NCBI GenBank assembly: GCA_964016885.1
Contig: OZ024741.1
Span: forward strand, 375,100,001-375,164,000
Source: Eledone cirrhosa
Taxonomy: Eukaryota
DNA: 64,000 nt
Direction: 5' to 3'
Part shown: positions 13,466 through 24,644 of the stretch, in pieces
Layout of the letters: every line of letters starts with the position of its first letter
Position numbering within the stretch: position 1 is the stretch's first letter
The notes under the pieces: model-generated
Database searches by the model: none
What the model saw: only the letters and a program-made list of their open reading frames with translations
What the model was told of the DNA's origin: nothing
Made by a program: the position numbers and the translations under genes

Positions 13466-13466
<1 letters not shown>
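12417..13466 (+). mobile_element. non-autonomous Helitron
   Basis: A|TC 5' end (TCTGTATATATATAAAA) then (TG)n; internal ~174-bp duplication; CCAG-GCAACG-CTGG hairpin and CTAG|T 3' end. Confidence 0.75.
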
Positions 13467-13545
<79 letters not shown>

Positions 13546-13549
<4 letters not shown>

Positions 13550-14548
13550 GTTAAACAAGGTTCAATGAATAAATAAATTATTAAGCCTTTAGATACTTTA
13601 GAGCATTCTAATTTTTAAAGTTATAACTGTAATTATTTTCTAAATTATATAATGAGAATTATTTCAATATAGGAAAATAATATAAGATAATATAATTTAA
13701 TATGGTTTACCTTCGTGTGGAAGAAAATACTAAGTTTCTTTCTCATGTTTGCAAATACTTTAAATATGATTTTATAAATTAAATATGTTAGTATACTTTA
13801 ATATTAATATAGACATTTATAAACTTTTATAGCCTGAAATATTATACCTTTAGATTAATCCATTATTCTGAATTAACATAAGAAATTCGAATTTTAACGG
13901 TCAGCCGGATAAGTTTGGATATATATAGTGTATATAAATAATTGTTAGTATATTTCTAATTAATTGAGGACTCGAAATTAAACCCTCATATAATTACACC
14001 CAAATATATTTAATATTTAGATAGACGGAAACTTCTAGATAATTCAAAGATTCGAGTTTACTCTTTCACAAAGCTATGCCCAAATGTATATTCTTGTATT
14101 TATCTATGCTTTATACTATAAAAATTATTCCCCTTTGTCTCTCTATCCTTGATCAATTCTCTTTTGCTTTCTATATTTTTTCCTCATCTGTTTCTCTCTG
14201 TCTTTCTTCTTTCTTTCTTCTTTCTTCAATAATTTAAATTTTTTTAATCTCTAAAAGTTATGTAAATTGCTATGATGTATTTTTAAGCTTTATCACACGC
14301 ACCCTCTGTATTATATGTAAATTTTTTCATGTCTCAATCTTAAAGTATATAAATATTGAGTCTTGTCATATCATATTCACTACCATGACTGAATTTTAAC
14401 CATCTACTATGTCAGGGTATATCATGCATCATCTTATTTTATCTGATGAGGACGTACTGTTGAAGATAGCTCAGTACCTCTGAAATATGTATAATAAAAT
14501 ATACTTGATCACACGAATGTCTATTTTTGTTAATATTTTGAATTAATA
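13546..14548 (+). mobile_element. decayed Penelope-like element 3' portion with hammerhead
   Basis: hammerhead at 14435; first ~30 bp match the element end seen at 24050; faint coding trace (IWFT, FNIN..YS) near 13700-13840; (TA)n flanks. Confidence 0.5.
14435..14501 (+). ncRNA. type I hammerhead ribozyme
   Basis: TATTTTAT CTGATGA GGA-c-GTACTG..CAGTAC-c-TCT GAAA TATGTA TA ATAAAATA; perfect 8-bp stem I. Confidence 0.8.
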
Positions 14549-14559
14549 TATATATATTG

Positions 14560-14618
14560 TCAAGGGCGGTGCCCCAGCATGGCCTCAGCCGGATGGCTGA
14601 AACAGGTAAAAGAGTAAA
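14560..14618 (+). mobile_element. SINE 3' tail fragment
   Basis: GGCGGTGCCCCAGCATGGCC.CAG...GGCTGAAACAGGTAAAAGA; resembles an octopus SINE tail from memory, not verified. Confidence 0.5.
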
Positions 14619-14632
14619 TATATATATTATAC

Positions 14633-15077
<445 letters not shown>

Positions 15078-15592
15078 AATTATATATATATATATATATA
15101 TATGTAGCGTCGAAGAATACTCCTACTCAGGCTTGTGTCTAGGTTTACAGTAGAATCACTTGAAAAGAAAACATGACCCAAAGTTAACACCAACCGGCTT
15201 ATGGTTATTGTTTTATTGGAAAATATCTTGGAGATGACCTTCTAATATAAAAAAACCCATTAGTTGAAATAGCGTCCATTCATCTTGCTGTTGCTTGTTG
15301 CTAGATATTTAACTATCGATACTAAGAGTCTGACAAACGTGTCCTATGAACGTATGTCACTTATATTCCAATCATATACAGATGGCTCATTACAAAACAG
15401 CTATCATCTGATGAGATGAATAAATAATCATGTGACACACAATAAAAAAATGTATATACACACACACATTTATATACGGGGTTCGATTCCTCGTACAATC
15501 CTTTGTCCCATTTTTCCCGTCTGTAAGGATATTCTACCCAAATTTCTTAACTATTATCTATAGTGATGTACTATGAATTCAGTTAATTTCAG

Positions 15593-15652
<60 letters not shown>

Positions 15653-15812
15653 CAAAGAGATATTTAATTTGTTGGTAATTCAACAAATTTATTTATAACA
15701 GATTCGAAGCACTCAACAGAAAGAGTTTAATATCAATGATATAAAATACAAAATTTGTTTTATAAATAGTGACATACCCCGAGGTATGTCACTATTTATA
15801 AAACAAATTTTG

Positions 15813-15874
15813 TATTTTATCTGATGAGAGCGTACCAAAGTTTTTGGTCCCCTTGAAATATATATAACAAAATA
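15813..15874 (+). ncRNA. type I hammerhead ribozyme
   Basis: TATTTTAT CTGATGA GAG-cgt-ACCAAA..TTTGGT-ccc-CTT GAAA TATATA TA ACAAAATA; directly preceded by an ~80-bp palindrome (15741-15820). Confidence 0.75.
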
Positions 15875-15941
15875 AATATGGTTTAACAAATATTGTTTCC
15901 ATTTATTAATATCATTAATATATATATATATACACACACAC

Positions 15942-16024
<83 letters not shown>

Positions 16025-16025
16025 G

Positions 16026-16231
<206 letters not shown>

Positions 16232-16249
16232 TAGATAGATAGATATGTA

Positions 16250-16487
16250 TATCCCGTGTTTGTTCAATCGGAGGTAACCACAGTAAGTAAGGTATTCAAT
16301 ACATAGCAGAGTATAAATATTTAATATAGAAATGGCTTCTACAGGACTAGAACTGTTTCATTCGTTAAGGTGAAGCAAATTGTCCACAGAAATGAATTAC
16401 TAACAGTTGTGGAACTACTTTCTACCAAACTCCTTCCATGGACTGAATGTGTGGATATCACCCACCAGTGTTCTGCCACTATATCAC

Positions 16488-16490
<3 letters not shown>
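16250..16490 (-). mobile_element. Penelope-like terminal fragment with hammerhead 3' half
   Basis: minus: GAAT GAAA CAG-TTCTAGTC-CTG TA GAAGCCATTTC; homologue at 57121-57257 (+). Confidence 0.55.
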
Positions 16491-16528
<38 letters not shown>

Positions 16529-16746
16529 CTCATTTCTGTTAATGAAATTCATAGTTTCATTTAATTAATGAAAAATGTTGAGGGATTTACCGAAATTATG
16601 AATTATTTAGTAACTTATCATATGTCCTTCTATAAAATTATGTTGTTATTGGAAACATTTAATCTAAATAAGACTCTTTCAATTGAATGGTTTTGTTTCA
16701 TAGAACTAGGGCCAGTTTTTTGGCGTATTGGTATGATAAGAGTTAA

Positions 16747-16805
<59 letters not shown>

Positions 16806-16849
16806 TTCATATATATATACATATAATCTTGTGTATGTATGTATGTATG

Positions 16850-18640
16850 TTCTTCTGGTTTTATAATTTCACAAAGTTTTAGCAATAGAGAGAGAGAGTC
16901 GGTTTCTAACATAGACACAAGACTCTCTCATTGGAATTTACACAACATCAACTAGGTAGATATGTATGTATGCATGTGTAGATATGGATGTTATTGTATG
17001 TGTTGATGTGTATGTTTTGAGTTGTATGTGTGCATGTGTATATGCTTTGCATCTGTACATGTGTATATGCAGTTATTAGATGCAACATTTTTGGAATGTT
17101 TTACATATTTTTACTGTTCCATTAATGGATTGTACTTGTAATTTCCTAACTAGTTGTGTTCTTTCTGTTCCTGTGAAGCCTAGCTTCTCAAGATTTGTAT
17201 TGAGGCAGTTACTAACATACCCCAGTGCCCCAATAATCACAGGCATAAATCTGAAGGTGTACTCAGGGTGGAGTATCTGCAGATTTCTCATCAGTTCTGC
17301 ATAAATATTCTCCTTTTCACGAATCTTTGATATTATATTGGCATCTGCTGGGCAGCAAATTTCCACTACTGTGCATGCTTTCTTCTCCCTGTCCCATATC
17401 ATAATATCTGGTCTGTTATGCCTGCATTTTATTGGGGATTTTACTGGAACATTCCACCAGTACTCTTTTATATTATGTACATGGATGTATTCCACATTGC
17501 TGTAGCTTTTAATGTGTTTATTATCAGGGCTATCTTTTTTACGAACTGCATTGTACAGTGTTTTGGCCACTACATTATGCCTCATAGGTAGATAGTACCG
17601 CGATGACATCTTTGGACAGTTGCTGATGTCATGGGTGATATCCTCGATGTTAGTTCTGCAGAGTCTGCACTTGTTATCACATCTAGGTGTTTTGCCTGCA
17701 TCCCTATCTCTTTTATGAATCAGGTATTTTGTGTTAATCTCCTGTTCTTGGATTGCAAAAGCGTATCCTTCAAAGTGGGAGCCAATATAGCGGTTGTTGG
17801 TCCAAGATAGACTACTTTCCTTATCTATATTACTCTCATTCTGGAGCTTCCTGGCAACATATCCATGCATGATTTTTTGCTGATAACCATGCAGTTTTTC
17901 ATCCATGGATTTACTGCGATACTGCTGAGCGACATCCCTGGGTGTGAGTTTTTGATTATCACACAGGGAATATCTCTCGAGGAGTTCCTTCCCAACTCTC
18001 ATGATCTTATCTGTTTCATGCAGATAGACTTGCTCGAGAAACGGGCTCCTACGCTTCGAGGTTCGTAGATGTTGTCGGAGAGATATGATGCGACATTCAA
18101 ATGTTGTCTGGACTGATGTTAGGCCTCTGCCTCCCTGCTTACGTTTCAAGTAAAGGCGGTCTATGTCACTGTTGATGTGGAAGTTTACGGTGTTGTTTTG
18201 TATTTTTCGAGTTCCAACATCAACTGCTCGGATTTCCTCTATCGTCGATTTGAGTATTCCAAACGTTGGTGTTAGGACAGGCACAGCAAACACATTGGAG
18301 CCACTGTTTTGTTTTGCGCAGAGAGTTCCGATGACCAGATCTTTCTTAATCGGGTGTAGTATTCACTGATACGCGTTCTTTATTACAGATACCATTATAG
18401 GATATGTTCTCATCTATCGCCAGGTATCTGTAGCAGTCCGCATCAGATATCGGTGAAACAGTTAGGCCATTGATGACAATGTTGCTAGATTGGGTTGTTG
18501 TATTTCCCCACTTTACAGTCATGTATGAGCATTTATCTTGGCCAAACTCCATTCCTATATCCTTTGAGAACGTTGTAACCAGTTCAAGATTTTTCTTCAT
18601 CCCATCTTGGCATAGTGTTTCAGATCGTCCACAAAGTAAT
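16850..18640 (-). mobile_element. 5'-truncated Dong/R4-clade LINE (RT C-terminus, CCHC finger, restriction-like endonuclease), frameshifted
   Basis: ORFs 18600-18346 and 18293-17076: RLYLKRKQGGRGL, CRLCRTNIEDITHDISNC, RHN, NRPDI..D, VEI; (TATG)n on both sides. Confidence 0.9.
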
Positions 18641-18715
18641 TATGTATGTATGTATGTATGTATGTATGTATGTATGTATGTATGTATGTATGTATGTATG
18701 TATGTATGTATGTAT

Positions 18716-19321
18716 GTCAGGTCACCAGTTGGTGCTACAGGTAACATGTATCCCAGTACAACCTGTCTCATGGTCGGGTCGTTGGCGACTAAACTGGCAA
18801 CCCCACCAAGGTTTCTTGGTGAGGAGGGTGACTTTGGACATCCTGCAGGACTAAAAACAAAACCTGTCAAAGGGCAAAGGAGCTCTTAAGAGTCAATGGC
18901 CATCCAAAATCACCGGGAGAGATAACCCCTTAGCCTCTGTCAAGGCAGAATTCTAGGAGAAGGAAAACTCTGATATAACACCTGCAACCCTGATGTTATC
19001 CAATGATGTTGACTTGTTCTTCTTTTTGGTAAATATCATCTTGGTTAAGAGAGTGGGACTGGCTTTGTGCAGTGCCTTTGCTCACTATAAAAGCTTCACG
19101 GCACAGGCATTGCTTTATATCTGGAGATCTCTCTGCACTTGTCGTCACATGGTACCATGGGTCCAGCACTGTGTCAATAATTGTCACAAGTGTAGTGTTT
19201 GTACCAGAGTTTTCAAGTCGCTGGCTGGACTAAAAAGTCACACTCGTTCAGCGCATCGGTAGGGGTTCTCCTACATGGATATAAAGTAGTGGCCGTACTC
19301 GAAAACGAGTTGGCAGCCACC
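18716..19321 (+). mobile_element. ~600-bp non-autonomous RTE-derived retroposon with (TATG)n tail
   Basis: RTE-like leader motif CTAGGAGAAGGAAAACTCTGAT; terminal C2H2 remnant CSVCTRVFKSLAGLKSHTRSAH*; ACTCGAAAACGAGT hairpin before the tail; near-identical copies at 51492 and 52497. Confidence 0.7.
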
Positions 19322-19388
19322 ATGTATGTATGTATGTATGTATGTATGTATGTATGTATGTATGTATGTATGTATGTATGTATGTATG

Positions 19389-22300
19389 TTATCTCTTTCT
19401 CTTAATTTCGAGTATATTTTTTTTGACCGGCTACCTTCCTGGTAGCAAGGTTGTAAAAGAAAAGAAATTGTCATCCCTTGAATCGCAAGAATGTTTTGCA
19501 AATTTTGAAGGTGCCAGCTATCGCAGCCATTTGTAGAGTATGAATTAGGGAGCTGTGCTTTTTGTCCGCAAATCCAAGTTCAGTTATACTTTGGTCCAAG
19601 CGGGTTGGTATATTACTCGTAGCTCCAATAATGATGGGTATGAAGCTAAAGGTGTATCTTGGATACTGGATTTGTAAACTCCTCATCAATGGTCCGTAGA
19701 TGTCCTCCTTCTCCTGTATTTTTCTGACAAGGTTTACATCAAGTGGGCAGCTGATCTCCACAACAGAACACGTTTTCAATGTGTGGTCCCAAACAACAAT
19801 ATCAGGCCGGTTGTGCTTTAATTTGGTGGCAGTTTTTATTTTCAGGTTCCACCAGTATTCCTTAGTGCCATCTGTCTCAATATATTCTTCCTCGTTTGTT
19901 GTTAATTTTGTTTTCCGAAGTGCGTTCCAGATGGTTCTAGCTATCCCATCGTATCTCATGGGGAGGTAGTAGCGAGATGACCAGTTCAGTAGGCCAAATG
20001 TTGGCGTTAGAATTGGCACAGCATAAGTATTGTGGGCAATGTATTTGTTGTATGCTGACAGTTCTGATGACCATATTTTCTTTACTCTTCTGAGGTATTC
20101 AGTTCTGGTTCTCTCCTTATTTATGGGTCCATCATATCTGACATTCTCATCCTGTCCAAGATATCTGTAGTTGTCACCTGACTGCAGAGGTTGTATTGTC
20201 AGGCCGTTCATCTCTAGATTTCTAGAGGAGGGCACAGCTCTTCCACGTTTTACTGCCAAATATGCACACTTGGACTCACCAAATTTCATTTTGATGTCGG
20301 TTGAAAATTGTGTAATGAGGTCCAATTGTTTCTTGATGTCATTGATATTTGGCCCATACAACTTCAGGTCATCAACAAAGAAAAGATGGGAGATACTTCT
20401 GGGCCCACTTCTTTGTCCACCTTGTTTCCTGAGTAGGTAAGATAGTGGATTCAGTGAGAGAACGAAGAGTAGCACTGACAAGCTATCACCCTGAAAGATG
20501 CCCTTCTGGTAATGTATCTTATCAGTCTTAACCTGCTCCTTCTCACCTCTAAGGATCAAATTGGTGTACCAGTTCTTGGTCAGGCGTTCAACAGCAGCTA
20601 CCAATGGTTGTGGGACTTTAGCTAACTGTAAAGCCTTAATAATCCACCCATGAGGTGCACTATCAAATGCTTTTTGATAGTCCAGCCACACGACAGTCAT
20701 ATTTCTGCGATTCTTTGTTGTTTTTTCCTGAATCATTTTGTTAGTTAGTAGGTGATCTATGCAACCCCACACCTCCCTCTTTCCACCAGCTTGCTCAGGT
20801 GTTATGATGTTGTTGGTAGCACAGTGATCCTGTAAGAACAGGTTAAGGCACCCAGTATATAATTTATACATGATGTTTTGGCAGGCAATTGGACGGTAAT
20901 TTTTAGCAAGGGTGGTTTGGCTATTTTGGGGAATGAGGAGAGTAGTGGCAGTTGATAACCATCTGGGCAGTTCTTGTGTGCCCTTAATGGTTTCTGTAAA
21001 CAGCCGTATGAGATCTTGCTGATAGAAAGTGAAATTCTTCAACCAGTATCCTGTAATGAGGTCTGGGCCTGGCGATTTCCTATTCGACATTTTCTGTAGA
21101 GCTGTTTCCAGTATTGACCCATCTATGTCATATTGTTTTGTCTGGACATGTTGGCAGTAGTCCTGTTCCAGTTCTTTTAGCCAATTAGCTTGTCTGTTGA
21201 ATCCGTCATCCATTTCCCATACAGATCTCCAGTAGCTCTCAACCTGTTCTTTTGAAGGGGTGTCGTTTACAGGGATTGAGCTTTTGCCACCTAAGCTGCG
21301 ATAAACTGATTTAGGATCTCTGGCAAACAATCTATTTAGCACTTGTCGTTTATGTGCTGTTGACTTATATTTTAGTCTTTCTGTTGTAGCTGTGAGTTGT
21401 TGTTTCAACTGGTGTAATTTGGAGTTCAAAGTTTTAAATTTTGTATCTCCAAATCGTCTCTCTAACTTTTTCTTTAGGTCATCCTGGTGTCGTGTGAAGT
21501 TGCTCTCTATGTTGCATTTCATAACGACTGCGATGTGTGAGATACTTCGTCTCAGGGACAAAATTTTGGTTTTTAAATTTCGCATCCACGCTGGTTCAGG
21601 CTTTCTGTTTGTATCTTGATTGCGTGGTTTTAGATGTGTGTTATATGATAGCAATGTGACAGCTGAAACATATAACAAAACATTAAGCGTTTCAAATGTC
21701 GTTTCTACACCTTTAGATCGTATAGCCTTCAGATAATTGCCAGCTATTTCGTTCACCGCTTCCAATTCCAATTTAGTGGGTTCTTTACTGACTCTAGTGT
21801 TGTATGGTCTGTCACTCACATTAAGGCTGTGTATCTCTTGAAACATATCGTTCCATATCACTTGTAGGGTGCCCACAAGTTTTTGGTGCTCTGTTTGTTC
21901 AGTAGAGTCATGAATTTCAGCCTCGTTGTTGATGTGGTGACAATTACTACTAGAGTCAGCTGACCTTTCTCGCTGTTCTTCAGTGGAAGTGGGATGGATT
22001 TCAGCAAAATTGTTGGTGAGCTGTTCACTGTTAGATTTAGCTGGTCATTCTCTTTGTCTGTCAGTGGAGGTGGGGTGGTTGTCTACAAGGGCTGTCTTTG
22101 TAGTATCACTCAATTCCGTTAGATGTATCAATTTACATCCAATGATACGTTTTGCCTGTTCATTTAAATGCTTTGGAGAAAAGTCTAATTCTGGGTGTTT
22201 GGAGTTCCATAAAGTTTTTAGCCTTTGCATAAAACCGAACTTTTGGGGTTCAGATTGTTTGTATGCTTCATATAATTCTTTGTTAAGCTCGTAGCTACAC

Positions 22301-22987
22301 TGTGTACAACGGTTGTAGTTGCGATTTGGTCGAAGGAGACTTGTACTTTTTGCCATGATGAGTTCGTCTATTCACTAATATTTCGTATTTATTTTTCAAA
22401 ATAGTCGATGATCTTCTTTAAAAGTTACGACAAAGTTCTGTCAGAATCAAATTTAAAGTTATTCACAGCTTGGGTAATATTTCTTTTCAGTTAGTTTTTA
22501 ATTCTACAACTGTGTTTTAAACGTTGTTCTTGAATCGTTTGAATCGAGAACAAAAAGAACCGTTACTTAGTATATTCCTTTATGAATGTAATATAATATA
22601 ACAACGCTGTATTTATATGTTAAAGTTTATGTATCATTCATATAAATAGGTGTTCTACAACCTATTCACAACATATTCACAGTTCAAACACTTATATTTT
22701 TGTTTCTGAATCGAAAACGTTACTTGTATATTTCTTTATAAATGTAATATAACAACGTTGCATTTATATGTTAAAGTGTATGTATCGTTCATATATCATA
22801 AGTGTATGTTTCGTTCATATAAATAGGTGTTTTGCAACACACTTACAGTTCAAACACTTATGTAGAATTATTGTATGTAATCTTACCGCGTAATGTAGCT
22901 CACCTTTTTCCAATATATGGTATGTTGCCTTCATGTAAGCCGTAATTACACACGTCCGATTATCGGACACTGACCACAACGGTCGCC

Positions 22988-22988
<1 letters not shown>
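19389..22988 (-). mobile_element. Dong/R4-clade LINE with apparent 5' end and an internal deletion
   Basis: 801-aa ORF with KSPGPD, YRPIAC, WLDYQKAFDS, GIFQGDSLS, FFVDD and NRPDI; (TATG)n on both sides. Confidence 0.92.
19471..21876 (-). CDS. reverse transcriptase / restriction-like endonuclease ORF lacking thumb and CCHC segment
   Basis: RT motifs present; PTFGLLNW is joined directly to SSRYYLPMR. Confidence 0.85.
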   Translation of the reverse strand: MGTLQVIWNDMFQEIHSLNVSDRPYNTRVSKEPTKLELEAVNEIAGNYLKAIRSKGVETTFETLNVLLYVSAVTLLSYNTHLKPRNQDTNRKPEPAWMRNLKTKILSLRRSISHIAVVMKCNIESNFTRHQDDLKKKLERRFGDTKFKTLNSKLHQLKQQLTATTERLKYKSTAHKRQVLNRLFARDPKSVYRSLGGKSSIPVNDTPSKEQVESYWRSVWEMDDGFNRQANWLKELEQDYCQHVQTKQYDIDGSILETALQKMSNRKSPGPDLITGYWLKNFTFYQQDLIRLFTETIKGTQELPRWLSTATTLLIPQNSQTTLAKNYRPIACQNIMYKLYTGCLNLFLQDHCATNNIITPEQAGGKREVWGCIDHLLTNKMIQEKTTKNRRNMTVVWLDYQKAFDSAPHGWIIKALQLAKVPQPLVAAVERLTKNWYTNLILRGEKEQVKTDKIHYQKGIFQGDSLSVLLFVLSLNPLSYLLRKQGGQRSGPRSISHLFFVDDLKLYGPNINDIKKQLDLITQFSTDIKMKFGESKCAYLAVKRGRAVPSSRNLEMNGLTIQPLQSGDNYRYLGQDENVRYDGPINKERTRTEYLRRVKKIWSSELSAYNKYIAHNTYAVPILTPTFGLLNWSSRYYLPMRYDGIARTIWNALRKTKLTTNEEEYIETDGTKEYWWNLKIKTATKLKHNRPDIVVWDHTLKTCSVVEISCPLDVNLVRKIQEKEDIYGPLMRSLQIQYPRYTFSFIPIIIGATSNIPTRLDQSITELGFADKKHSSLIHTLQMAAIAGTFKICKTFLRFKG

Positions 22989-23018
<30 letters not shown>

Positions 23019-23134
23019 TGTATGTATGTATGTATGTATGTATGTATGTATGTATGTGCGTGTGTGTGTGTATATGTTTGTATTTATGTATGTATTTATG
23101 CATGTATGTATATAATTTTTTTTGTAGAGCGAGA

Positions 23135-23460
23135 GATTCCTAGTCTTCATTAAGACATCTCTCTAGGCAAAGGTCTCTCTGATATAAAACCCGCGACTTC
23201 GTTTGCATCCAAACATTTATATTAATTTTCATTTTGGGTAAATATATTCGATGTTCAGAGAATAAGATTGGCCCCGTGCAAAGCTTTTTCTCACTTAAAA
23301 AAGCTTCAAGCACAGGCATCGCTTGATATGTGATATTTTTTGCGATGTATGGTATTGCTGGACATAGACAAGTCCCTAGCAGGACTAAAAAGCCACGTCA
23401 GTGATGTTTGTGCTTAAGTATCAAGTTATGGCATTACTCGAAATCGAGTTTGCAGCCATC
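23135..23460 (+). mobile_element. diverged relative of the 18716 RTE-derived retroposon
   Basis: CTAGGCAAAGG..CTCTGATATAA, GGACTAAAAAGCCAC and ACTCGAAATCGAGTTTGCAGCCA followed by (TGTA)n. Confidence 0.65.
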
Positions 23461-23860
23461 ATGTATGTATGTATGTATGTATGTATGTATGTATGTATGT
23501 ATGTATGTATGTATGTATGTATGTATGTATGTATTTGAGTGTATGTATGTATGCATGTATGCATGTATGCATGTATATATATATATATATATGTATGTAT
23601 TTATGTATGTATGATTGTATGTATATATGTATGCATGCGCATGTGTGTATGCAGGTATATAAATATACATACATACACACACATATACATGTAGATAGAT
23701 AGATAGTCGGATGTGAACATATTATGTTTAGAGCTTGGTACGTTATCTTGGTGTCATGTAGATAATGTAACAGCAAACGACCATTGAAAAATAGTTAACA
23801 TACGGATACGGGTTTCAACATACGGACTTTTACGCATTCAAGTAACCAATACGTATAAGT

Positions 23861-23926
<66 letters not shown>

Positions 23927-24049
23927 CATACATACATGCATACATACATACATACATACATACACATATATATATATGGCAGCTATAACTTCGGTTTATA
24001 CCTAATATATGTGTGTGTTTGCATAAATATATATATATATAATATATTT

Positions 24050-24222
24050 AAAGGTTAAACAAGGTTCAATGAATAAATCAAAGAATGAGTTTTACAATAG
24101 ATTGGAAGCACTCAACAAGTGGCTTTCCAGAGTTATTAATATTAAATCAAAATATTAACAAAATAGATATTCTTGTGATCAAGTATATTTTATTATACAT
24201 ATTTCAGAGGTACTGAGTTACA
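24050..24222 (-). mobile_element. Penelope-like 3' fragment truncated inside the hammerhead
   Basis: reverse complement matches 14471-14548 (CAGTACCTCTGAAATATGTATAATAAAATATACTTGATCAC). Confidence 0.7.
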
Positions 24223-24291
24223 TATAATATATATGCAATATTATATATATATATGTATGTATATATATAAAAAAATATATATATATATATA

Positions 24292-24464
<173 letters not shown>

Positions 24465-24644
24465 GTATCATTTAAAAGGATGATGGGAAGAGAGAGGTGT
24501 CTGACCAGCAATGTAACGCTTGATTAATGATTGTTTCACTAACAGATGACTGTCACTAACGATGTGTAACGTGACTTCAGCGAGTCTGTTCCACCAACTG
24601 TTAGTTAAAAGATCTAATTGGACAGCTTGGTATACTCTCGTGAT

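Noticed and set aside
15400-15445. CTGATGA with a short ATGA/TCAT hairpin
   Set aside because: No GAAA, stem III or stem I partner.
18716-18810. Possible HDV-like ribozyme at the retroposon 5' end (CCAGT..GG..CTAA-ACTGG)
   Set aside because: P2- and P4-like pairings exist but no P1 helix could be placed.
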